The position numbers and the translations under genes are program-made. This document shows positions 12,011-23,937 of a stretch of 64,000 bases of DNA, in pieces. The notes beneath the pieces are model-generated. The model worked only from the letters and a program-made list of their open reading frames with translations. It made no database searches and had not been told where the DNA came from. Source of the stretch: Octopus sinensis (lineage: Eukaryota); contig NC_043004.1 in the NCBI RefSeq assembly GCF_006345805.1, positions 7,874,001 through 7,938,000 on the forward strand. Direction: 5' to 3'. Positions within the stretch are counted from its first letter, which is position 1; every line of letters begins with the position of its first letter.

Positions 12011-13325
12011 GTAAGTAATGGAAAATATTTCTATTTTCTTTGTTATTTGAGTCCATCAAACATTAGCATTATCAAAATTCTGTTGAGAATGTTTTAGCCC
12101 GTTACATACACCATACAAGTTAATAGAATTTTGATTGTACCTTTATATTAATTTGTGTTTTTTTTTTTGTCTTGCAAGGTACTTGGTGACCCTGTCAGTG
12201 CAGGTACCATTTAAAAAGCATCCAGTTCTCACTGTAAAGTGGTTGGCATTTGGAAGGGCATCCAGCTGTATAAACCTTGCCAAAACTGACCTCACTTGTG
12301 CTTGTGCCATGTAATAAGCACTCATTCCACTTTGCTGAGGGGAGTGGGGTTAGGAAGGGCATCCAGCTTTAAGAACTCTGCTGAAGCAGTCACAGAAGTC
12401 TGGTGCAGGCTTCAGCCTGGCCAGCTCCTGTCAGACTGTCCCACCCATGCCAGCATTGAAGGAGGACATTAAACGATGATGATGTATGGTTGTTAGTGTT
12501 AGGAAAGGTATTCGGTTAAGAAAACATTATTTGCTCAAACAATTCAAAATAAATATTTTACAGACATAGATCGGTTTATAAGAGGCCAGTGCACCTGTTT
12601 GCTCATTACTGCATGCATGCACACAATACTGAGGTATAACATGAACCAAATATGGTACTAAACATAAGAGTTTGAAGTGAATTTAGGGAATTTTAGAGGA
12701 GAGTATAGAACGTGTAATAATAGGAGTGTTGGATAAAATATCTTGTGCTATTTAGTTCTAACACTTGTTTTCACTTCAAATCTTACTGAGTTCAACTTCA
12801 CCTTTCATGGACATAAACAATTGTTCTTTGTCTGTTAGAGAATGTGGCATACAACCAAGTGAGAGGTTAGGGGTTCATATCCTCCCAACGACACTTTAAA
12901 ATAAGAGACTCTACTTTCAAAGAGTTGAGTCCTTTCAGCTGTAAAGAAACACTACAGGTTAAGCACAAGTTACATTTGTAGACAGCTTTTGGTCCTTAGA
13001 GTTTGATCTCTCTTACATTAACTTGCAGTGTTGAGTTTGGTTTTACATCCAGACAGACTGGAGGAATCTTATACAAGAGAAGATCTTGCATCGGTTTGTT
13101 TTAGAAACTCAAGATAAACTCGTCTGATGACCAAAAAGGTCTGTCGAAAGACATTCACACCAAATATTAAGGCTTAAGCCATCTTGTGCATGATCCCAGC
13201 ATACATTTTCCATTCTAGAGAATTTACCTTCTATCTCAAAATGTTTGTTCTGTTTTCTTGTTTTATTACTTTTTTTTTATTATAAGATGTTCCATATTAA
13301 TTTGACCATTGTTTAATTCTTACAG

Positions 13326-13421
13326 GTTCCATTCAGCACAATGGTTGCACTATTATGTATGTGGTTTGGGATCTCACTTCCATTAGTCTTTTTGGGTTAC
13401 TATTTTGGTTACAGAAAACAG
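13326..13421 (+). CDS. TM9SF4: TM9SF4 exon, 96 bp: [32 protein letters not shown]
   Basis: Flanked by tcttacag and gtgagt. Near-identical to TM9SF4 [28 protein letters not shown]. Confidence 0.96.
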
Positions 13422-13544
13422 GTGAGTGGGGAATATTTTGTCTCCAACAAATTTCTATCATTTCTCAAATTTTTCACTTTGGTTTATGATTCGTTTGCCT
13501 CAGTTTCATTATTTACAGTGAACTGTTTTTGTTTATTTTTCCAG

Positions 13545-13624
13545 CCATACCAACATCCTGTACGAACTAACCAAATTCCAAGACAAGTTCCTGAACAGAT
13601 GTGGTATATGAACCCTATATTAGG
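13545..13624 (+). CDS. TM9SF4: TM9SF4 exon, 80 bp: [27 protein letters not shown]
   Basis: Acceptor ttttccag. Motif [10 protein letters not shown]. Donor gtctgt at 13625 is needed to keep frame with the next exon. Confidence 0.92.
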
Positions 13625-14902
13625 GTCTGTATGATTTATTAATATTATGAATTAGAAAATTGATAGCCTTTTTAATTAATACAGAATAACAGTCACTGAA
13701 TCTAAAGTACTATATTTGACAGCGATTAAGAAAATGTCTAAAAAAAAACATCCCCTCAGTCATATATGTGAAGTTGGGCTTTCCATAAGCTGCATTGCAC
13801 TAAGATCTCTTTCCCTTAAACACATGCTGTTGAAATTGGGGTGCATTGAAAATACCTGTGTGTCTTTTTTGCTATCAAATACAGTAACTGTTTAAAAAAA
13901 AATTATTTATTTCAGTTTTGTCTTTGAATTTCCAGTTTTTTTAAGCAAAGGAAAAAAATGGAAATGAAATTCAGAACAGTTGGTGCTCTTGTCTTGACAT
14001 TTTTCTCATTCTTTATTTGGTTCCCAGTTCTTCAATCAATCGATCAGTTCTCTCTCTCTCTCTCTGTCTCTCTTTTGCCAATGTTTAAAATCTCTAACTT
14101 TCGCATTCACTGTTTTTTTTTTGTTTGTTTCTTTGTAGTTGGTCCTATGTTGAAATGTTCTTTAGTTTTATACATAATATATATTCTTGCACCAGACAGC
14201 TAAATGGCTGGAATTCCTAATTTCAACATCTCTTGTGCTGTTTTTTTAAGGAAGAAACCACTATTTTCGTAGTTAGTGGGTCTCCCACAATTAATTGCTT
14301 AATGAGGGAGTTGGCATGGAACCTGTTTTTATTTTTGCAGTCAAGCAAACCGGAACAAGAATATTTAAAAAAAATACATTAATTGAAGAAATAACTCATG
14401 AATTAACAATAGTTACGCTAATATATGCAGTGCAGAGAGTATAAACTCATCATTTAACATCTGTTTTCCATGCTGGCATGGGTTGGACAGTTAGACAGGA
14501 GCTGTACCAGGCTCCATTGTCTATTTTGGTATGGTTTCTACAGCTGGATGTTTTTCCTGATGCTATCTAGGATGCCTAATCCAAAATAATTATGTGGTAT
14601 GGAAAAGACATTTGCTCAGTATCTAATAACAGGCATTCAGCTAACATTGTCTTCCTTATCACATAATTATTTTATATTAGCTTTATCTATGATTATCACA
14701 TAGGCATAGGCGTGGACGACATGGTTCTAGGTTCAGTCACACTGCATGGCACCTTGGGCAAGTGTCTTCTGCTATAACCCTGTGAGTGTATGTGGTAGAC
14801 AGAAACTGAAAAAAGCCTGTTGCTATATATCGCCATGTTGATTCGCTAGCCTCTGCATGCATATTTTTTTTCTCTCCTTCTTTCTGTGTTTTTTCTCTGT
14901 GT

Positions 14903-14942
14903 ATCTTTCTGCTGAAGAGCGTAGGCTCGAAACGTTAAAGAC
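14903..14942 (+). ncRNA. Degenerate minimal hammerhead-ribozyme-like motif of the Penelope type
   Basis: TCTTT-CTGCTGA-A-GAGC(GTAG)GCTC-GAA-ACGT-T-AAAGA: stem I, core, stem II, palindromic stem III. Core A6 is replaced by C. Confidence 0.45.
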
Positions 14943-15069
14943 TTGTTTTATTTATATTTCCTGAGCGCCATACTAATACAATTGTTTGTTTGTATTCCAC
15001 CTGCCTTCGTCTTTTGTTTATTTCCATAAACCTGCCTTCGTCTTTTGTCTATTTTCATAAAGCTTCCCG

Positions 15070-15107
<38 letters not shown>

Positions 15108-15811
15108 ATTCGAGCGAGGTTGTTGCCAGTGTTGCTGGATTGGCTCCAGTGCTGTTGACATGTAAAAAACATCATTTGAGCATGGTTGTTGCCAGTACCG
15201 CCTGACTGGCCTTCATGCCGGTGGCGCGTAAAAGCACCCACTACACTCTCAGAGTGGTTGGCGTTAGGAAGGGCATCCAGCTGTAAAAACTCTGACAGAT
15301 CAGATTGCTAGCCTAGTGCAGCCGTCTGGTTCGCCAGTCCTCAGTCAAATCGTCCACCCCATGCCAGCATGGAAAGCGGATGTTAGATGATGATGATGAT
15401 GATATATGATATATTATATATATATATATTTATATGTAGGTATGTGTTTATGTATAGCCTTGTCTTGACATCACAAGATGGTTGTGAAATTAACATCAGC
15501 GTCATACCAGCAAGGTTGTTGGTTTCTACTTTTCTGAGCAAAATGTGTTTGGCCATGGGAGAAAAATTAACTTGCTTGGAAACAGGTGAGGATTGGTGAC
15601 GAGAAGGGCACCTGGCTGTAGAAAACATGAGTTGGTAATGGTGATGATGGATATAAAGAATTAAAAAAACAAAGTAAAACAAGAGATTATCATTTTATAT
15701 TCCTATAAAGCCCTATTATATACTTAATGCTTGTCCTTAATTTGTTAATGCTTGTGTCTGGATTTATGTGTAACTTGACCGTTTCTTTATTTTCTTTCTC
15801 TTCTGCTGCAG

Positions 15812-15875
15812 GACACTAATGGCCGGCATTCTGCCATTTGGAGCTGTATTCATTGAGTTATTCTTCATTTTCACT
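15812..15875 (+). CDS. TM9SF4: TM9SF4 exon, 64 bp: TLMAGILPFGAVFIELFFIFT
   Basis: Flanked by ctgctgcag and gtaagt. Motif GILPFGAxFIELFFI. Confidence 0.96.
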
Positions 15876-16430
15876 GTAAGTATAATAAACGATCCTCTTA
15901 ACACTTCCAATTACCATCTCACACTGGATAAAAGTTTCTGCATTTAAACAGTTCAAGAATTTTTCTCTCAGTAATGAGCAAACAAACTTGGGAACCTGTG
16001 CAGTTGCTTGACCCACTAGAAATAGCAGCCAAATCTCCATCAGGTCTCTCCCCCCCCACTCGTACGCCTGAACAAAAAAGGTGGGCTTGTCATCTAGGTT
16101 TGCTTGATCAGGACTGATCTTGGGCGAATCAATGACATCAATCTCTCGAGAGAGTCAACACCAACAGGTACCAGTAATATATTGAGGCTTATTGGTATCA
16201 GCTATAATCTTTCTGCCTAAGAAACCATTATATTTAGAGGAATGTTGAGTTAGCAGAAACATTGGCTGCCATTAACTGCCCTATTTTCATTAATTGCCCT
16301 ATTTTCTGAGTTCAGTGATAGTGCTCTAATTTTTTGTGGTTGACAGAATAACATGAATGGTGTTTCATGAAACTCCTCTTCACCATCCCTTCCCTTCTCT
16401 TCGCCCTCCCTCCCCTTCTCTTTGCCCTCT

Positions 16431-16701
16431 CTTCACTCCTCATCGCCCTCCCTTCACTCCTCATTGCCCTACCTTCACTCCTCATTGCCCTCCATCACTC
16501 CTCATCGCCCCCCTTCACTCCTCATCGCCCCCCTTCACTCCTCATTGCCCTCCCTTCACTCCTCATCGTCCTCCCTTCACTCCTCATCGCCCTCCCTTCA
16601 CTCCTCATCACCCTCCTATCACTCCTCATCGCCCTCCTATCACTCCTCATCGCCCTCCTATCACTCCTCATCGCCCTCCCTTCACTTCTCATCGCCCTCC
16701 C
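16431..16701. repeat. ~21-bp pyrimidine-rich minisatellite (cttcactcctcatcgccctcc), about 13 copies, inside a ~500-bp C/T tract
   Basis: Direct reading. Explains the spurious PPFTPHR and LLIALPS ORFs. Confidence 0.93.
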
Positions 16702-17106
16702 TTAACCCCTCTTCACCTCCCCTTCTCTTCACCTTCCTTCTCTTTGCCTTCCTTCCATCCTCTCTCCATTCGCCCTCCCTCCCCATCTCCCTCCTTTCCC
16801 CTCTCTTCACCCTCCACTTCTCTTTGCCACCCCTCCCCTTATCTCCACCTCCTTCCCTTCCCTCCTTTCCTAGAAATGTTTTTTTTAAAAAATGTATTCA
16901 ATATGAATCCCAAATTGAAAACGGTTTCACCAGTTCTTTTATTTATAATGTTTTACACATTTTCATTTCAATTGCTCCTAATATCCCCTGATGGGGTTGT
17001 TTATTAGTTATACGAATATTTCAATTAGAATATTAATAAAAAAATAATTTCAATATAAACCAATCGTTTTCTTTCAAATATTCTTTTCCTTTTTCTTCTT
17101 TTGTAG

Positions 17107-17226
17107 GCAATTTGGGAGAATCAGTTTTATTATTTGTTTGGATTCTTGTTCTTGGTCTTCATCATTTTAGTAATTTCAGTGTCCCAAATTTCCATTGTGA
17201 TGGTATATTTCCAATTATGTGGTGAG
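17107..17226 (+). CDS. TM9SF4: TM9SF4 exon, 120 bp: [40 protein letters not shown]
   Basis: Flanked by ttttgtag and gtgagt. Near-identical to the TM9SF4 TM7-8 region. Confidence 0.96.
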
Positions 17227-17736
17227 GTGAGTCATTCAAAAGTTCATGTTTGTGTATCTGATTGTGCTTAAATGTTTTACGTAAACCTTGTCCTAACAAA
17301 TGTCCAACTTAGACACCACCAGCACCTTGTCTTTCCGGCGGTTTCTCTGTTGTAAGCATTCAAATCGGACTTTGAGGTTGAGCCTAACTGTACATGTCTT
17401 TGAATCTGGTGCTTTTTACCTGCATTCCTTTGTGTGATGGCATTGTTTGTGAGAAGTTATTTGATGAGGAAGGGTTCGCTGCAGCACCCTGCCACCACAA
17501 GTTTGATTGCACCTTTCAAAGGTACCTGGCCATATACCTTTATTAATAACCAGCAGAATCGGTAGAGCAACCAACAAATTACCTTGTTGTATTTAGTTAC
17601 ATTTGAAGTCCAAATCTTGTTGGAATTAATAAAATAATGGAGCTGTAAAAATGAGTGTTAGAGATCATTATTACGATTTTTGTTATAGCTATAATTATAC
17701 TAATTATACTAATTATTGTACGTGATTTACTTTCAG

Positions 17737-17826
17737 GATTACCATTGGTGGTGGCATTCTTTTGTTGTGTCTGGTGGTTCTGCTGTCTACATGTTTGCAT
17801 ATTCTATCTTCTATTTTGTTACAAAG
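17737..17826 (+). CDS. TM9SF4: TM9SF4 exon, 90 bp: [30 protein letters not shown]
   Basis: Flanked by tactttcag and gtaaaa. Nonaspanin motif DYxWWW..F..SGGSA. Confidence 0.96.
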
Positions 17827-20177
17827 GTAAAATGAATATCTTATATTTTTTATGTGTTTGTTTTCTGTGTGTCAATCTTGCTTTCGTTCTCTGGATGCTG
17901 TTTCATATCACGATGGTTCCCTGCTGTATCCTACATCCCTGCAATGATCTGCTGGTTGGGTTCAGTCGACACTTGACACATTTTCAGTAGAATGTCAGTC
18001 TTAGATTTACAGCTGTTTTATTTTTAAAAAAAACAAACAAACAACTTTACATCTGATGAAGATGATTGGCTGATGCAGCAGAACATCAGGCACATGCCGC
18101 CTTTCAGTGTTTGTTCTGCTCCAAGGCCAACTTTCATTCTTTCTGGGTTGGATAAAAACAAAGAACCATACAAGTCCTCCTCTGCCCTAAATCTCTGGTT
18201 TTGTGCTTAGGTTAGAAACTATTATTGGACCTGGCAGAATCGTTAGCAGCGTTTCTTTTGACTTTACAATCTGGGTTCAAATTTTGCTGACTTTGCCTTT
18301 TGTCCTTTATGAGATAAATACCAATCATGTACTGGGGTGGCTGTAATCAATTAGCTCCCCCTCACCCTGCCATTTCAGGCCTTGTGCCTTTAGCAGAAAG
18401 GATTCTTATTATTATTATTAAGGTGGTGAGTCTGGTACATCCTTCCAGCTTACCAACCTTGGTCAAACCATCCAACCCATGCCAGCATGGACAATGGGCA
18501 TTAAATGATGATGATGATGATGATGATGACGAGCTGGCAGAACCAGTAGCATGTTGGATGGAAGGTTTGGTAGGATTTTCATCGGAGTTCAAATTCTGCT
18601 GAGGTCAACTTTGCTTTTCATTCTTTTTGGGGTTGATGAAATAAGTACCAGTCAGGTATTGGGGTCGATGATATAATCAACTAGTCCCTTCCCCTAAAAT
18701 TTCAGGCCTTGTGCCTCTTGTGGAAATGATTATTATTATTACTGCATTGGATAGCAGAAATAGTGGAGCCCCAGTTTCAATCTCTAATAGCATTCATTAC
18801 CATCACATCATCATTCGATGTCTGTTTTCCATGATGGGATGGGTTGGATTATGGCAAGCTGGAGAGCCATTCCAGGTTTCAGCTTGGTTTGGCCTGGTCT
18901 CTACGACTGGAAGCTCTTCCTAATGCCAACCACTTCACAGAATGAGCTGAATTCTTTTCACATGGCATCAGCATGGGTGCTTTTTATGTGGGCTGGTGTT
19001 GAGTGTTCTTTACATGGATCGGTATGAGGGCAAATTTTGGCACAAGGCCAGCAAATTTGGGGTGGGGGTGGGGGCCTAAGTCAGTTACATTAATCTCAGT
19101 TCTCTGATGGTAGTTATTTTATTAACCCTGAAAAGGACGAAGGGCAAATTCAACCATGGCTGATACTGGTGTCATGCAAAAGGCACCTGTGCCGGTGGCA
19201 TGTAAAAGCACTCATTACGCTCTGTAAAGTGGTTAGTGTTAGGAAGGGCATCCAGCCGTAGAAACCATGCCAAATCAGACGAGTTTGGTGCAGCCTTCCA
19301 GCTTTCCAGTCCTGGTCAAACCATCCAACCCATGTCAGCATGGACATCATCATCATCGTTTAATGTCCGCTTTCCATGCTGGCATGGGTTGGATGGTTTG
19401 ACTGAGGACTGGTGAGCCAGAAGGCTGCACTAGGCTCCAATCTTATCTGGCAGAGTTTCTACAGCTGGATGCCCATCCTAACACCAACCACTCTGAGAGT
19501 GTAGTGGGTGCTTTTACGTGTCACTGGCATGAGGGTCAGTCAGGCAGTACTGGCAACGACCATGCTCAAAAGATGTTTTTTACGTGCTACTTGTATGGAA
19601 GCCAGTCCAGCAGCACTGGCAATGACCACGCTCAAATGTTGTTTCTCACAAGCTACCGGCACATGTGCCAGTAAGGCAATGCTGGCAATGATCCTGCTTG
19701 AATGGTGCTTTTTATGTGCCACCGGCACGGGAGCCAATCTGTGGCCCTGGCAATGATCACACTCTGATGGTGCTTTTAACGTTCCACTGTCACGAGTGCC
19801 AATCAGGCCACATCAGCCATTTTGATTTCACTTGCCTCAACAGGTCTTTGCAAGCAAAGTTTATTTGTCCAATGAATAAAGGGTACTCATAAGTGGGGCT
19901 GGTTATGCACGCGGACATTAAATGATGATGATGATGAAGCGGGATGAAATATCACTAAGCATTTTGCCCCAATGTGCAAATGTCTCTGCCATTTATTTTT
20001 CAGATTGAAATCTCAGTATTGACATTTACCTGTCATTGCTCAGGAATTGTTAAAAATGAATACCAGCAAAGTCCTGTGTCAATTACATTGACTAACCCCA
20101 CCCTCCCAACTCCTGAAACTGTGTGAAATTATCTGATTATGAGTCATCGTTATTAGTTTAATTATATTCTTTATCCT

Positions 20178-20410
20178 TAAGGTGGCGAGCTGGCAGAAAT
20201 GTTAACTGGCTGGGCGAAATGCTTAGCGGTATTTCGTCTGTCTTTATGTTCTGAGTTCAAATTCCTCCGAGGTCGACTTTGCCTTTCATCCTTCCGAGGT
20301 CGATAAATAAAGTACCAGTTTCGCACTGGGGTCGATATAATCCACTTAATCCCTTTGTCTGTCCTTGTTTGTCCCCTCTATATTTAGCCCCTTGTGGGCA
20401 ATAAAGAAAT
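20178..20410 (+). mobile_element. tRNA-derived SINE (family 2) about 70 bp upstream of the last TM9SF4 exon
   Basis: Near-consensus copy: aaggtggcgagctggcagaaatg...gggcaataaagaaat. Confidence 0.85.
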
Positions 20411-20480
20411 ATATATTCTTTATCCTTTGCTGTGCCTGGATAATCTCTATTAATTCTGTCCTTTTTTTTGTTGTTTCCAG

Positions 20481-20630
20481 CTTGAAATCACAGAATTCAT
20501 CCCAACTCTTCTCTACTTTGGTTACACATTGCTCATGTCTTTCACGTTTTGGATCCTGACTGGCACCATTGGCTTCTACGCAGCATACTTTTTTATTCGA
20601 CGAATTTATGCAGCAATCAAAATTGACTGA
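20481..20630 (+). CDS. TM9SF4: TM9SF4 terminal coding exon, 150 bp: [49 protein letters not shown]
   Basis: Acceptor gtttccag and stop TGA at 20628-20630. Ends in the KxD/E COPI-binding Golgi-retention motif (IKID) typical of EMP70/TM9SF proteins. Confidence 0.97.
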   Translation, partial: LEITEFIPTLLYFGYTLLMSFTFWILTGTIGFYAAYFFIRRIYAAIKID

Positions 20631-23600
20631 TGGATTCCTCTCTACTTAGCTTACTTCTCTTAGGATCTACTTCGACATTTACTTTTAACAACCACACTAC
20701 TACTACTACTACTATAACTACTACTAACAACAACATCAACAGCAACAACAATAATAATAATAAAAATATAAACAACAAAGACTTGACAGATTGGTTTTAT
20801 CAGTATTTAATGAAAACTGGAAAGTGGACTGAGAGATAAGAACCGCAACCATTGTCAAGAATCATAATGTTTTACCATCATCATGCTCTCTTCTTATGTT
20901 TTTTTATTATTCTTATTCTTCTTCATATTATTATTTAAATTGTTATTTTGCCAAAAGAGTTGTTCCACACAAATATTGGGAGATCCAGGGTTGAGTAATT
21001 CGGAGAAAGAAAACTGGGGAAGTTTTAACTAAATTAAAAGAGGAAAAGGGAAAACAATTATATCCTTGCAGATGAGGGTGGAATCTAAATTATGAAAAAA
21101 AAAAAAAAAAAAAAAAAAATAAGAATCATAAAAACAAAAAAAACAACTTTACGGAACTGTTTTTGGTGAATTACATTTAAAGAAATTTTTCTTGTTATTT
21201 TTATTATTATTCTCCTCTTCTTGTTTAGGCAGCAAGCTGGCAGATTTGTTACCATGCTGGGTAAAATGCTTAGTGGCATTTTGTCTGTCTTTACGTTCTG
21301 AGTTCAAATTTCACCAGAGTTAACTTTGCCTTTCATTGTTTTGGGGTCAATGAATTAAGGACCAGTGAAACACTGGGGTCAATGTAATTGACTAGCCCCC
21401 CCCCCTCCCAATTTCAGGCCTTGTGCCTTTAGAAGAAAGGATTATTATTATTATTCTCCTCCTTGTTTAGGCAGCAAGCTGGCAGAATCGTTTCCATGCC
21501 GGACATCATGCTTGGCAGTGTTTCTTCAAACTCGCTGTTCTGAGTTCAAATGCTGCCAGGGTTGACTTTGCCCTTCATCCATTCAGGGTCAATAAAATAA
21601 GTACCAGTTGAACACCAGGGGTCGATGTAATTGACTTAGCCCCTCCCATCAAACTACTGGCCTTCTGCTAAAACTTAGTACCATTATTATTGATGGCAGA
21701 ATCAGAGTACTTCACAAGATTCCTGGTGGCTAGCTAAATCTCTGAATTGAAACCTTGCCAAAGACTTCCTTACCATCCATCTGTCTGGAATCAATAAAAT
21801 AGGGACCAGTGAAGCACTGGAGGATCTGTTAAATTCGTTGGACCCTCTTGCAAATTGTTGGTCCTTGTGGTAAAGTTAGGGATCTTCTTCTTCTTCTTAA
21901 CTGGTTGATTATCAGAATTGTTGGACAATTGCTTTGCAGTATTCGTTCTGGCTCTGATTCGGAGTTCAAGTGTTGCTATGGTAAGCTTTGTGTTATTCTT
22001 CTGGAGCTGATAAACTAACATACCAGTCATACGCTGGTTAGATGATATAAATGACAGTTTGCTCCTACCAAATTTCTGGTGGCAGATTGGTAGATTCAGC
22101 AGAGCAATGGGCCAAATGTCTTGCAGTTGTTGTTCTGACCTCTTACTTTTCTCCAAGTGTTAACTTTGCCTTTCACCATTCCAGGCTTTTATAATATTAT
22201 GAAACGGTCGAGTACTGAGGGCAAGGATTTAATCAATGAACTCCCTTTTCATAAATCTCTAGCCTTGTGCCTGTCTTAGGAACCATTAATAAGGTGGTGA
22301 GCTGTCAGAATCGTTATTGGACAAAATGCTTAGTGGCATTCAAATTCTGTCAAGTTTGATTTTACTTTTAATCCTTTCAGAATTGATGAAATAAGTACCA
22401 GTCATGCACTGGGGTCGATGTAATTGACTATCCCCCTTCCTGCAAATTTTCAGGCCTTGTACTTATTATAGAAAGGATTATTATGATGGATGCCTTGTGG
22501 TATTTAGTTTATATTTTGTGTCTCCTCCCCAAGGGTCATCTTTCACTTTTGTCTCTCTCGAGTCAATAGGAATAAAAATACCAGTTATGTTTTGGGATCA
22601 ATCTAATTGACCCTGCCTCTCCCCCCAAACTTTTTGGCTTTCTGCCAATATTAGTTGTTTTTTTTTTTTTTTCTTAGGTTGCTTTTTTTGCTGTTATAGA
22701 AACATTGATTTTCTCCTTCACTATAAGACAATTGTGGTTTTTTTAATAATTTATTTCTGTGTGGGATCTAGATTTCAACAATCTCATTTTTATATGTTAA
22801 AGCTATTATAATTATTATTATTATTACACTTTGTTAATAGACTTTTCAATTTTCTTGAAAAGTTATGTCATCTCAATGTTTCCATGTATATATGTGTGGC
22901 TATGTATGCGCGTATGTGTGTGTATGTAATCACATATGTACATATCTATATATATATGTGTGTATGTATGCATTTACAGAGTGTGTGTGTGTGTGAACTT
23001 AAGCTAAATTTCTTTCCATGTTTTTTTTTCTTCCATAACAATGTGTTTCTTTTTGTTATGTTATAATAAAATATTTTTATTTCATTCCATGAAAAGCTAA
23101 CAGTCCCTTTTATTGTGTGCAAAACTGAATTTCTTCCTTGAAAGGCTAAAAGTTGCCATAAATAAAAAAAAAAATAACTAGAGAAAGTATTAAAAAAATT
23201 AGACAAAAGACTAACAAGAAAAAGAAATCCTGAACGTTTTACTAAAACTATTGATATTCATTGGAATATAGGTTTTATTTTCTTATCTTTGCTCCTAAAT
23301 CTGGTCAGCTTTTGAAAGATTAGAAGTTGATTGCAAGAAATGTGAAAATCCATCAAGTGAAACTGAGTGGTTCTAATCAGACATGGCAGATTGAAAGAAA
23401 AAAATTGAAGAAATTTTTGCATTACTCCTTCAACCTGTTTAATTAAAGAATTATTAAAAAGCATAGAAGCATTCTCTAGTTGTTTGTCACCAATATGTTG
23501 AGGGAAAACTCGGCACTCGTGCACTAAGGTGAGTGAGCATTGATGTTAGACTGCTCTAACGAATGTCTGTTAACGATGTAATACTGACCAAATCTCTTTT

Positions 23601-23720
23601 CTCATTGTCACAAGTATTGTTTATTCCTAATTATTTATTTACTCTTTCTCTCTCAAATGTGTCTGAAACGGTACCAATCTATGAACCCTAAAGAAATCTC
23701 TGTTCACTAAATTTATGATA

Positions 23721-23937
23721 AACCCTTTAGCATTTCAGATTCCGCTGTCAAATGTAATGTTTATCAGTTCATATTGTTTTGAATTAATCCTGCATTATCT
23801 CTTAGCTTTTAGATTTCGATGATGTGAGTGTTTATTTTTAGAACGGCATTGTAGGATAGACGTGAGAGGCTGGATCTGGCCAATTTGAACAGGAAAACAA
23901 GTGGAATATTTGAGCCTGGTATGGTCTGTCTAAATGC
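23721..23937. mobile_element. Non-autonomous DNA element with a piggyBac-like aaccctttagcatt end (also in units B and D)
   Basis: Left end aaccctttagcatt. Right end only partly matched (taaatgc). Family assignment is inference. Confidence 0.4.

Noticed and set aside
13124-13149. CTGATGA...GAAA hammerhead-like core
   Set aside because: No convincing stem I or stem III, and there are extra bases before GAAA.
16357-17007. Pro/Ser/His-rich repeat ORFs
   Set aside because: They are translations of the 21-bp pyrimidine minisatellite inside an intron.
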